Positions 40,022 through 49,354 of a DNA stretch of 64,000 bases are shown here, in pieces. The notes below the pieces were generated by a model. It was not told where the DNA came from, made no database searches, and saw only the letters and a list, made by a program, of their open reading frames with translations. The DNA is taken from contig OZ220732.1 in NCBI GenBank assembly GCA_965116905.1, positions 3,328,001 through 3,392,000 of the forward strand, read 5' to 3'. Numbering within the stretch: position 1 is the first letter of the stretch; every line of letters starts with the position of its first letter. Made by a program: the position numbers and the translations under genes. Source of the DNA: Longimicrobiales bacterium (GTDB lineage: Bacteria; Gemmatimonadota; Gemmatimonadetes; Longimicrobiales; Gaopeijiaceae).

Positions 40022-41586
40022 TGCAGTTCTCCCGTGCGAACCAGTGCCGCGAGCGCCTCCAGATCGTTACCGAGGGGTCTGTCCTCCGTCAGACGCGGGA
40101 CGTGGTTGCGCACGCTCGCCAGTGCGCGTTCCACGCCGACCCCCGCGCGCAGCGGACGGTGGAACTCCACCGCCTGAGCGGCGCACAGGAACTCGGCCGC
40201 AAGCACGATTTCGAGCAGCTCGACGCTCCGCCGCACCTTTCTGGCGGCGGCCATCCCCATGGAGACATGGTCCTCCTGGGCAGCGCTCGTCGACACGGAG
40301 TCGATACTCGCGGGCGTCGCGAGGACGCGCATTTCGGACAGGGCGTCGGCGGCGGTGACCTGCGCGATCATCAGGCCTGACCGGATGCCGGGCCGCGTCG
40401 TAAGGAAGGCCGGGAGCGCGGAGAGGTCGGGATTGAGCAGGCGGTCGATCCGCCGCTCGCAGATCGACGCCATGTCGGCAGCGGCGATGGCAACCAGGTC
40501 CAGGCACTGGGCAACGATTTGCGCGTGGAAGTTGCCGCCGCTGAGCACCACGCCGGGCGCGGCCTCGCCGGGGACGGGTTCGCCGGGGCCGTGCTCGCCG
40601 AGGGGCGCTTGCGGCCGGTCCCCGACAGCCTCGCCCGGCAGGACGAGCGGGTTGTCCGTGGTCGAATTCGCCTCGGTGCTCAGGATGCGGTGCGCATAGC
40701 CGCACGCCTCCCTCGCGGCCCCGTGTACCTGCGGCATGCAGCGCAGCGAGTACGCGTCCTGCACGCGCGGGTCGCCGGTGCGATGCGACTCCCGGATCCC
40801 GGAGCCGTGGAGCAGCGCCCACAGCCGCCGGGCGGTCGCGATCTGGCCCGGGTGCGGACGGGCGGCGTGGATCTCGGGACGGAACGGATCGGGCGTCCCC
40901 CTGAGCCCCTCCAGCGACATGGCTCCCGCGACGTCGGCCGCGTCGAGAGCTCGCTCGAAGCGCCGTAGCGCGAGGGCCCCGATTCCGGTCGTGGCCTGCG
41001 TGCCGTTGATCAGCGCCACCGCCTCCTTCTCGGACAGATCGAGCGGCTCGATGCCGACGGCGCGCAGCATCTCGGTGGCGTCTCCCAATTCGCCGTCCCG
41101 CTCGGCCCGGCCCTCCCCCGTCAGGGCAAGCGCCACGTGCGACAGGGGCGCCAGGTCCCCGCTGGCGCCGACCGAACCGATCTCCGGAACCTCCGGATGG
41201 ACCCCGTGATTGAGGAGATCGAGCAGCCGCTCCACGACGACGAGCCGGCAACCCGACTGGCCGCGCGCCAGCGTATTGGCACGGAGCAGCATGATCGCCC
41301 GGACCTCCGCCACCGGCAGCCGGCGGCCGACTCCGGCGGCGTGGCTGCGGACCATGTTGTGCTGAAGGGCACGCTGGTCAGCGGGGGAGATCCGCACGTC
41401 GGCGAGCCTGCCGAACCCCGTGTTCACGCCGTAGATCGGCCGGCCGCTGCCAAGAAGCTCTTCCAGGATGTCGCGCGAACGGCGTACCCGTCCGGCAGCT
41501 TCGGGGTGGAGGCGCACCGGGCGCCGATCGCACGCCACGGCCTCCAGCTCCGCCAGCGTCAGCCCCTGTCCGTCGATCGTGATCAT
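40018..41586 (-). CDS. hutH: Histidine ammonia-lyase
   Basis: [19 protein letters not shown]-forming [14 protein letters not shown] and GGNFH. Pro/Gly-rich insertion before GGNFH. Confidence 0.96.
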   Translation of the reverse strand: MITIDGQGLTLAELEAVACDRRPVRLHPEAAGRVRRSRDILEELLGSGRPIYGVNTGFGRLADVRISPADQRALQHNMVRSHAAGVGRRLPVAEVRAIMLLRANTLARGQSGCRLVVVERLLDLLNHGVHPEVPEIGSVGASGDLAPLSHVALALTGEGRAERDGELGDATEMLRAVGIEPLDLSEKEAVALINGTQATTGIGALALRRFERALDAADVAGAMSLEGLRGTPDPFRPEIHAARPHPGQIATARRLWALLHGSGIRESHRTGDPRVQDAYSLRCMPQVHGAAREACGYAHRILSTEANSTTDNPLVLPGEAVGDRPQAPLGEHGPGEPVPGEAAPGVVLSGGNFHAQIVAQCLDLVAIAAADMASICERRIDRLLNPDLSALPAFLTTRPGIRSGLMIAQVTAADALSEMRVLATPASIDSVSTSAAQEDHVSMGMAAARKVRRSVELLEIVLAAEFLCAAQAVEFHRPLRAGVGVERALASVRNHVPRLTEDRPLGNDLEALAALVRTGELQ

Positions 41587-42203
41587 GGGCGGTCGTCCGC
41601 GTTGTCGTGCCTTGTTCGCCGCCCGGCATCGAATTCCTCGCGGGTCAACGTGTGGCGCGCGTCCTCCCACTCCTCCTCCAGCTCGACCCCGAGGCCGTCG
41701 GCCAGACGGTTCACGTAGTTGTAGTAGCACGCTACCTGGCAGATATCGAGGACGGCACGGTCGTCGAACCCCGCATCCTTCAGCCGCTCGACATCGGCCG
41801 CGGCCATCGCTCCCGGATCCCGCGTCAGCTTGACCGCGTAGTCGAGCATCGCGGCGTCGGCCGCAGCCAGCGTGGCCGGCCGCCTCCGCCGTGCCAGCGC
41901 ACGGCCAAGATCGGCACTGCCCGTGAGTCGACGGAGTCCCGCCCCGTGGTGGTTGATTCAGTAGAAGCAGTCGTTCTCAACCGATACCGCCACCGCGATC
42001 ATCTCCCTCTGGACCCGCGACAGGGGGGACGGACCCGCCATCAGATGCCTGTACAGGTCGTAGTGGTGCTCCATTGTCGGCGGATTCAGCGAGTGGATGC
42101 GCAGAATGTTGTCCAGCCGCCCGCGGGGGTCGGAGTACCGGTCGTAGAGCGTGGCCAGCCGCTCGCCCGCGTCGCCGCGCCCCACGTATCTGATGTGTGC
42201 CAT
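41583..42203 (-). CDS. AhpD-like/carboxymuconolactone decarboxylase family selenoprotein (CxxU; UGA at 41958-41960)
   Basis: ORFs 41958-42203 and 41583-41849 share a frame. Reading through TGA gives ...REMIAVAVSVENDCFY-U-INHHGAGLRRLTG...AMLDYAVKLT...YYNYVNRLADGLG, an intact ~206-aa family member. Confidence 0.88.
41931..41947 (-). promoter_or_regulatory. Putative bacterial SECIS hairpin
   Basis: ACGGGG-CGGGA-CUCCGU: 6-bp stem with one G-U pair and a G-containing 5-nt loop starting 16 nt after the UGA. Confidence 0.7.
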
Positions 42204-42286
42204 GTGTTCCGGTTTCCGTTCCCCGGTTTGCAGGTCGTGGAATCTACCCTCAGCTTGTCGGATCAGCCTACACCCGGGAGAAGACG

Positions 42287-44932
42287 ATGTTCAAGGTTAC
42301 GGGGAGCCCATGGGCCCGCCCGCAGGGGCAACGAGAGCGGCGCGGCGGCGGGTCGGGAAGCCGCGCGCGGAGCCGAATGGCAGGTCTGCTGGGCGCCACC
42401 GCGGCGCTCTGGGCGGTTGCGGGCCCCGCGCTGGCCCAGGACGATTTCGGGAGCATGGTCGCCGTGTCGGAGGAGGTCGTGATCGTCGGGAAGCCGGGCT
42501 CGGCCCGGGGACCCGCGGCGTTGTACCGGTACGCGCGGTCGGCGGGAGGCGCGTGGATACTGGCCGGGACGATGTCGGTGGCGGCGGAGGCGGCCGCGGG
42601 ACGGCCGTGGTCGCCGTCGTTGCAGTGGCGGGACGGGCGGCTGGTGGTAGCGGCGGGGGATCCGGACGTGCGCTTCGGAGCCCACCTCTTCCGCGACGCC
42701 GGAGGTGGAGACTGGGCACATGAGACCAGCCTCGAGCTGTTGGATATGCCGACCCTCGAGGAATTGACGGACCCCGAACCGCAGACGGACACCGAACCGC
42801 AAACGGGCCCAGGAGCGCAGACGGGCCCCGGAGCGGCAGCCGTCGACTTCGCGGGGATCATGCGAATCCTGCAGCCCGCACCTCGGGCGGTGGCCGTGCA
42901 GGGGGACCGGGTGGCGGTGGCCGTGGGCCGCAACGGGGCGTCGTCGCCCGCGCTGCACATCTTCACCCGCCACCCTGAACGCGGATGGGAACCTCCGACC
43001 ATGATCCAGTTCCCGGCAACCCCGGTGGACGACCTGGGAACGGTGGTTCTGGACGGCGACGAACTGTTCGTGTCCTCCCGGAGTGTCGATGGCGGGGGGA
43101 CGGTGCACGTCCTGGCCCACGACGGGGACCAGTGGATCCCACGCACCCTGCTGCTCCCGGATTCCACGGACTCCGATGCAGGGTTCGGCGCGGCCATCGC
43201 CCGCGCGGGGGACAGGCTTGTGGTCGGCGCGCCCGGATCGGGTCAGGGTACGGGCGCGGTGTATGCGTACCGGCGGGCGATGGACGGAGGGTGGGAGAAG
43301 GACCAGACCCTTCATCCGCCGGATGCCGGGCGAACGGAGGCCGCGCCGGTCTCGGAGGCCGCCACTGACGCCGCAGCCACCGGGGCCGCCGCCACTGACG
43401 CCGCAACCGCCGCGCCCGCCGCCCAGGAGCGCCCCGTGCAGCCCCGGCGTTTCGGGAGCACGGTCGCGATCCTGGGCGACGAACTGTGGATCGGCGCACC
43501 AGGGGCCGCCGCCGGCGCAGGACGGGTGCACCGTTACGAGCTGCGCGATGGGGGCTGGCAGACCGCCGGGCCCGTGGAGAGCACGGCCGGCCCGGGAGCG
43601 GCGTTCGGGGCCGCGCTCGCCCTCGGCCCGACGGTTGCGGTGGTGGGCGCGCCCGGCACCGACGGGGGCTCGGGAGCCGCCCACGTCTTCACGCGGGAGC
43701 CGGGCGGCGAATGGCAGGCGGCGGGGGCGCGGCTTGTCCCCGACAACGGTCTCGAAGCCGTCACCGGCGGCGAGGTGCGCTGCTCCGACGGCGCGGCCGC
43801 GGGATTCGCCTGCGACGGCGTGGATCTCCTCGCATTCCTGCCCACGTCCGCCCTCGGCGGCACACCCGGCGAACGCGTCAGCGACGTCTGGGGGTGGACC
43901 GATCCCGTCACGGGACGTGAATACGCGCTCATCGGCCGCTCAGGAGGCGCGGCGATCGTCGACGTGACCTACGCGGCGGCCCCCCGGTACGTGGGCGTGG
44001 TCCCCGCCAATCCGAGCGGTGCGCGCGACCTGAAGGTCTACGCCGACCACCTCTTCTTCACCGGCGACGGCGCGGGCGACCACGGCCTCGTCGTCTTCGA
44101 CCTCACACGGCTCCGCGACGCCGGCCCGGATCCGGTCGAATTCTCCCCGGACGCCATCTACCGCGGCATCGCGAGCGCCCACAACCTCGTGCTCGACCCG
44201 GAGAGCGGCTTCGCGTTCCCGGTCGGGGCCAGCGGCGGCGGCCAGACGTGCGGGGGCGGCCTCCACATGGTCGACGTGCGAGACCCGAAGTCCCCCGTCT
44301 TCGCCGGCTGCTTCACCGACACCGAGGGGCTGATCTACCCGGGTCGCACCCACGACGCCCAGTGCGTGGTCTACCGCGGGCCGGACGACCGCTTCCAGGG
44401 CCGGGAGCTATGCTTCGCGTCCAACGAGACCGCGCTCCGGATCATCGACGTGACCGACAAGCAGGCCCCGGCGCCGATCGGCACGGCCACCTATCCCGGG
44501 CTGGCCTACGTGCACCAGGGCTGGCTCACCGACGACCAGCGCTACTACTACCTGGACGATGAGCTGGACGAACTGGTCGGCACGGCACCCGCCACGCGGA
44601 CCTTCATTTTCGATGTGGCGGAGCTGGACGACCCCATCCTGGTGGGAAGCGTCGACGGTCCCACCGGGGCCACGGACCACAACCTGTACGTCAAGGGGGA
44701 CCGGATGTACCAGGCCAACTACCAGGCCGGCTTCCGTCTCTTCGACATCAGCGACCCCGAGGCGCCGGTCGAGATCGGCTGGTTCGACACCACGCCGTAC
44801 GAAGGGGATCCGCCCGGGTTCGTGGGCGCGTGGACCGCCTATCCGTTCTTCGAGAGCGGGACGGTGGTGGTCACCAGCATGTACGAGGGTGTGTTCCTGC
44901 TGAGGCCCGGGCCGAGACCGCTGATTCCGTAG
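42287..44932 (+). CDS. Choice-of-anchor B family protein with FG-GAP and LVIVD repeats
   Basis: FG...VVGAP repeats, DVWGWTDP..GREYAL, THDAQCV, YVHQGWL..DDELDE and GAWTAYPFFESG. Confidence 0.85.
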   Translation: MFKVTGSPWARPQGQRERRGGGSGSRARSRMAGLLGATAALWAVAGPALAQDDFGSMVAVSEEVVIVGKPGSARGPAALYRYARSAGGAWILAGTMSVAAEAAAGRPWSPSLQWRDGRLVVAAGDPDVRFGAHLFRDAGGGDWAHETSLELLDMPTLEELTDPEPQTDTEPQTGPGAQTGPGAAAVDFAGIMRILQPAPRAVAVQGDRVAVAVGRNGASSPALHIFTRHPERGWEPPTMIQFPATPVDDLGTVVLDGDELFVSSRSVDGGGTVHVLAHDGDQWIPRTLLLPDSTDSDAGFGAAIARAGDRLVVGAPGSGQGTGAVYAYRRAMDGGWEKDQTLHPPDAGRTEAAPVSEAATDAAATGAAATDAATAAPAAQERPVQPRRFGSTVAILGDELWIGAPGAAAGAGRVHRYELRDGGWQTAGPVESTAGPGAAFGAALALGPTVAVVGAPGTDGGSGAAHVFTREPGGEWQAAGARLVPDNGLEAVTGGEVRCSDGAAAGFACDGVDLLAFLPTSALGGTPGERVSDVWGWTDPVTGREYALIGRSGGAAIVDVTYAAAPRYVGVVPANPSGARDLKVYADHLFFTGDGAGDHGLVVFDLTRLRDAGPDPVEFSPDAIYRGIASAHNLVLDPESGFAFPVGASGGGQTCGGGLHMVDVRDPKSPVFAGCFTDTEGLIYPGRTHDAQCVVYRGPDDRFQGRELCFASNETALRIIDVTDKQAPAPIGTATYPGLAYVHQGWLTDDQRYYYLDDELDELVGTAPATRTFIFDVAELDDPILVGSVDGPTGATDHNLYVKGDRMYQANYQAGFRLFDISDPEAPVEIGWFDTTPYEGDPPGFVGAWTAYPFFESGTVVVTSMYEGVFLLRPGPRPLIP

Positions 44933-44970
44933 GCCCACGGGCACGCGCTCCCGCGGGCACGCACTTATAG

Positions 44971-45042
<72 letters not shown>

Positions 45043-45154
45043 GACAGCAAAGGGGCGTCCGGCACCGGCCGTCGCCCCCTCCGGCGATTCGGCTGTCAAA
45101 GCTGCCCGCCCGCATCCGTGGCGAGGCATCCCTGCACCCGACTGCCGTCGTCAG

Positions 45155-45227
<73 letters not shown>

Positions 45228-45275
45228 GATTGAACCACTCCGCGCCGCATCGATGCCCGCGAAGCGGGGGAATAA

Positions 45276-45304
45276 ACCCTAGGCGCGCCACGTTGCGGTG
45301 TCAA
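45276..45304 (-). promoter_or_regulatory. Sigma70 promoter of the tRNA-Gly/tRNA-Cys operon
   Basis: TTGACA (45299-45304)-N17-TAGGGT (45276-45281). Confidence 0.7.
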
Positions 45305-45466
45305 GCGTCGGAGCGGCCCCGGAACGAGGCCATCGTCCCCGCCTGTGACGGCCCGCCGCGGCTCTCCACGCGTTCGCCCGGCGGGCGGGCCGCATTATCT
45401 TGTCTTCGCGATCCCGTTCGCGGCGTCAGCGCCCGGTCCCCGGGCCCACGACCACCCGGAAAAGCC

Positions 45467-47110
45467 GTGCACCGAACCTCGACCTTCATCTCGAAACTCC
45501 TTTGCGCGCTCTGCGTCTGCGCACCCGTCGCCGCCGCCGCGCAGGAACCGTATTCACCGCTGGTGCCCCGCGGCATGGTGCGCCTGGGCCTGCGCGGGGA
45601 CTACGTTTCCTTCTCCTCGCGCTTCGGCATGTGGGGGACCGGCTCGGCCGGACTGGAGCAGCTGAGCGACGCCTTTTCCGGCCCGGCCAACGAAAACGTC
45701 TTCCCCCAGCTGGCACCGTTCTCGACGGCGCTGAGAAACGCCGCGGGCGAACCGTTCGCCGTGAGTCTCGGGGCGCTGGATGCCGTGATGGAGAAAGCGA
45801 CCGTGCGCGTGCCGGTGTCCCTCGACGTGGGGGTTTTCGACTGGCTGACCGTGGGGGCGGAGGTCCCGCTCGTCCGGAGCGACACCGAGTTCTCCCTGAC
45901 CTTCGCCGCCGACTCGGCGAATGCCGACGCCGGCTTCAGTCCCGGGATGGCCGATCCCGGCGTGGTGAACGGCTTCCTTTCCCGTCTGCAGAACTCGATC
46001 ACGGCGTACGACGCATTTCGGGCGGCCACCTGCGGCACCGATCCCACCTCGCCCGAGTGCCGCGACGCGACAGATCTGGTCGCCGACGCGCGGATCTTCC
46101 GCAATTCGCTCGCGACGATGTACGGCACGATGTTCGCGCCCGTGGGCTGGTCACCCGCCGGCATGGCCCTGCAGGCCCGGCTGGCGGCACTGGCGGAAGC
46201 ATTTCAGGCCGCAGGCGTTGCGGGAACCCCCGCCTCCGTCCCCCTGGCCGCGGGCGCCCTGACCTTCGAGGAGTTGCTGGGTCTGGTCATGGACCCCGCG
46301 TACGGCATCGCGGCCAGCCATCCGTTCGAGAACTGGCAGTCCCTCTGGGCGCTCGGGGACATCGAAGCGCGGGTGGACGCGCGCCTCCTGGAGTCGGGCG
46401 ATCCGGAAGGGCCGACCCACGTCTTCGCCGGCGCGGGCGCGCTCGTCCGCCTCCCCACGGGACAGCAGGACGACCCGGCCAACTTCATCGACATCGGCAG
46501 CGGGGACGCACAGATGGACATCGAAGCCCGGGCCTGGATGAACGGCCGCTGGCGAAGGGTGGGACTGTGGGCCGACCTCCGCTACGGCGTGCAGATGACG
46601 GGGACCACGGAGCGCCGCGCCTTCGACCCCAACGTCACCTTCGCTCCGATGGCGTCGCAGGTTCAACTCGACTGGAATCCGGGCGATTACCAGTTCCTGG
46701 AGCTCTCGCCGTGGTATCAGGTGGCGCCCACGCTCCGGCTGATGACCGGATACCGCTACTTCCGCAAGGGGATGGACGCGTTCACGATCCGCACGGCCCC
46801 GCCGCCGGACACCGTGCCGCCCGCAGGCGCCGCGGCTTTCGCCCTCGCAACAGCGGACGCGGCAGACGCGAGGCTGTCGGCGGTTCCCGACCCCGAAGCG
46901 CTGGTGCCCGAGAGCGGGGCGTCGTCCGGCCGGGTGATGCTCGGGCTCGTCTACAACCGGGATGTCGCCGTGCGCGACGGGGTGGCCGGCCGACCCCTCG
47001 AGATCCGCGCGGTGTACCGCCACGTGGTCGGAGGCAGCGGCGGGGACGTGCCGAACGCGCGTTCGTTCGAGGCCGGGTTCAGGTTCTTCGTGGGGTTGTG
47101 GGGGGGTTAG
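45467..47110 (+). CDS. Exported hypothetical protein, possible outer-membrane beta-barrel
   Basis: Signal peptide ending AAA-Q, alternating beta-strand patterns, C-terminal FEAGFRFF. The longer ORF upstream overlaps the tRNAs, so the start was moved. Confidence 0.65.
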   Translation: MHRTSTFISKLLCALCVCAPVAAAAQEPYSPLVPRGMVRLGLRGDYVSFSSRFGMWGTGSAGLEQLSDAFSGPANENVFPQLAPFSTALRNAAGEPFAVSLGALDAVMEKATVRVPVSLDVGVFDWLTVGAEVPLVRSDTEFSLTFAADSANADAGFSPGMADPGVVNGFLSRLQNSITAYDAFRAATCGTDPTSPECRDATDLVADARIFRNSLATMYGTMFAPVGWSPAGMALQARLAALAEAFQAAGVAGTPASVPLAAGALTFEELLGLVMDPAYGIAASHPFENWQSLWALGDIEARVDARLLESGDPEGPTHVFAGAGALVRLPTGQQDDPANFIDIGSGDAQMDIEARAWMNGRWRRVGLWADLRYGVQMTGTTERRAFDPNVTFAPMASQVQLDWNPGDYQFLELSPWYQVAPTLRLMTGYRYFRKGMDAFTIRTAPPPDTVPPAGAAAFALATADAADARLSAVPDPEALVPESGASSGRVMLGLVYNRDVAVRDGVAGRPLEIRAVYRHVVGGSGGDVPNARSFEAGFRFFVGLWGG

Positions 47111-47150
47111 GGTCTACGCGGGCACGGCGGGCAGGTCTAGCTCGGGCCCT

Positions 47151-48233
47151 TCATCGTGCGACGAGTTCGGTCTCTGCGATCACCAGGGCTGCTGGTCCGT
47201 CATTGAGCCCTTCCATGACCAGCCGGTCACCGTCGAAGAAACTGGCTCCGGTCCGCGGAATCCAGGCCCATTGGCTGCCCTCCGGTCTCCTCACCGGAAT
47301 CGCGCGCAGAGTGTTAAGGTCCAGGACGAAGCCAAGGGTGTCAACATAGGTGATCCGCACGAAAAGCCGGCCGTCCTCCAACACCTGTAGCGAGAGCGCC
47401 AACTGGGATCCGAGGACTCTTGCCGCTCCTCCCATCGCCTCAATCCGGTTGGCGTCACGCTCCAGCAGCGACGTGCGCATGGGCTCGGGCAGATAGGCCA
47501 ATCCCACCAGATCTCCGACACTGTCATAGCTGGCAAGAACCAGTTGGCTGCCATCCAGGACGTGCACTCGGCCATCGGGTGTTGTCGCCACCAGGTCGAT
47601 AGGTAGCTGGAACACATCCGGTTCGCCCCGGAACCCCACGGGTACCTCGGCAAAGGCCGTCTGCCCAGACTCGGTCACGCGACCCAGGTAATGGTCGGAG
47701 AACTCCATCCCCACGACGAGAAGGCCGAGTTCGGGATGCACCGCTGCATCGCTCAAGTAACCCCCCAACTGGTGCATGCGGACAAAATCACCGCGGGAAG
47801 TCAGGTAGGTCACGCGCGCGTGGATTTGGTCCACTACGGCAATCTGGTCCCCATTCCTGATCAGCACCCCCGGCAACTGGTATTCGCCTGGGCCCTCGCC
47901 GTGCCTTCCCACCGTTCGCACGGGGTTCAAATTCCTGTCCATGAAGACCAGCCGCTGATTCAGGCCATCGGCGGCGACGTACCCTCCGTCGGCATTCTCC
48001 ACCACGGCCGTGACAGAGCCGAACAGCGCCCGCTCGTCATCGATGTCCAACTGTGCGATCAAGCCGCGAATGGCGTACGCGGAGTCGCTCTCCGTGAAGA
48101 CCGCGATGTCGGCGACGGAATCGGAAGACGGGGCATTGCACGCCGCCAGCACCAGGAACGGGAATCCAGCGGCGACCAGCCTTCCAGCATGCCCGCGGGA
48201 CCAATCTCGGCGTCTCGTCACGCTCTCGGCCAT
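47151..48233 (-). CDS. 6-bladed beta-propeller (NHL-like) lipoprotein, copy 2
   Basis: LAAC lipobox and VGRHGEGPGEY motif. Paralog of the adjacent gene. Confidence 0.78.
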   Translation of the reverse strand: MAESVTRRRDWSRGHAGRLVAAGFPFLVLAACNAPSSDSVADIAVFTESDSAYAIRGLIAQLDIDDERALFGSVTAVVENADGGYVAADGLNQRLVFMDRNLNPVRTVGRHGEGPGEYQLPGVLIRNGDQIAVVDQIHARVTYLTSRGDFVRMHQLGGYLSDAAVHPELGLLVVGMEFSDHYLGRVTESGQTAFAEVPVGFRGEPDVFQLPIDLVATTPDGRVHVLDGSQLVLASYDSVGDLVGLAYLPEPMRTSLLERDANRIEAMGGAARVLGSQLALSLQVLEDGRLFVRITYVDTLGFVLDLNTLRAIPVRRPEGSQWAWIPRTGASFFDGDRLVMEGLNDGPAALVIAETELVAR

Positions 48234-48261
48234 GTGCACCTGCCCGGATACGCGCGGGGTT

Positions 48262-49326
48262 TCATCTTGCAACGAGCTCGGTCTCTGCGATCACCAGGGC
48301 GGCTGGTCCGTCCTCCAGCCCTTCCACGACCAGTCGTTTGCCGTCAAAGAGGCTGATCGCGGTCCGCCGCAACCAACGCCATTCCGGACCCTCCGGCACC
48401 CTCACCGGCGTCGCGCGTAGGGAGTCGGGGTCCAGGACGAAACCCATGGCGTCCAGATAGGTGATCCGCAAGAAGAGTCGGCGGTCCCCCAACGCATGAA
48501 GCGCGGTCCCCAATTCCGACCCCAGGACCACCGTCGGTCCGCCCAATGCCTCCGTCGTTTCAGCGTCCCGCTCCAGCAAATGCACGCGCATTTCCTGTGG
48601 CAGGTACGCCACGCCCAGCAGATGTCCAGCACTGTCATAGCTGACCAATGCCAGGTGACGGCCGTCAAACACGTGAATCTTGCCGTCTGGCGTTCCCTCC
48701 ACGAGATCGTTGGGCAGTTGAAAGACAGCGGGGTCAGCGCGGAACTCGACCGGCTTCGCAGCGAAGGGAGTCTGTTCCGATCCGATCACGCGGCTCAGGT
48801 AGTGGCCGGAGAACTCCATCCCCGCGACCAGGAGTCCGAGCTCGGGATGAATGGCCATATCCCGGATGAACCCTCCAATTTGTTGCATGCTTACGAACTC
48901 GCCGCTGGCAGTGAGGTGGGTTACGCGCGCGTGTCCTTCGTCCAGCACTACGATCTCATCCTCATCGCGCACCATCACCCTCGGAAACTGGTATTCGCCG
49001 GGGCCCTCACCGTGCCTTCCCACTGTTCGCACAGGGTTGAGGCTGCGGTCCATGAAGACCAGCCTCTGGTTCAAGCCGTCGGCGGCAACGTACCCTCCGT
49101 CGGCGTTCTCCACCACGGCGGCGACAGAACCGAACATCGCCCGCTCGTCATTGATGTCCAACTGTGCGATCAGGCCCCGAATGACGTAAGCGGAATCGCT
49201 CTCGGTGAAGCGGGCAAACGCGCTATCGGGAGCCTCAGACGTCGCATCGCACGACGTCAGGAACGGGAGTCCCGCGGTAACAAGCAGGACTCCCGTCCGG
49301 ACACCCGCCCAAGCCCAGCGATCCAT
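48262..49326 (-). CDS. 6-bladed beta-propeller (NHL-like) lipoprotein, copy 1
   Basis: LTSC lipobox and VGRHGEGPGEY motif. Shares the identical C-terminus GPAALVIAETELVAR with its neighbour. Confidence 0.78.
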   Translation of the reverse strand: MDRWAWAGVRTGVLLVTAGLPFLTSCDATSEAPDSAFARFTESDSAYVIRGLIAQLDINDERAMFGSVAAVVENADGGYVAADGLNQRLVFMDRSLNPVRTVGRHGEGPGEYQFPRVMVRDEDEIVVLDEGHARVTHLTASGEFVSMQQIGGFIRDMAIHPELGLLVAGMEFSGHYLSRVIGSEQTPFAAKPVEFRADPAVFQLPNDLVEGTPDGKIHVFDGRHLALVSYDSAGHLLGVAYLPQEMRVHLLERDAETTEALGGPTVVLGSELGTALHALGDRRLFLRITYLDAMGFVLDPDSLRATPVRVPEGPEWRWLRRTAISLFDGKRLVVEGLEDGPAALVIAETELVAR

Positions 49327-49354
49327 CAGGACGTTTGGCAATGCGGCGATCCCA

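Noticed and set aside
40018..41586. HutH/HutU as ergothionase and thiourocanate hydratase
   Set aside because: HutH retains the MIO-forming Ala-Ser-Gly and the HAL-type SH motif, and hutI/hutF are adjacent, which fits canonical histidine catabolism.
41583..42203. Pseudogene or two-gene reading of the AhpD-like locus
   Set aside because: The only disruption is a TGA at the catalytic Cys position, followed by a SECIS-like hairpin. Sec recoding is the simpler explanation.
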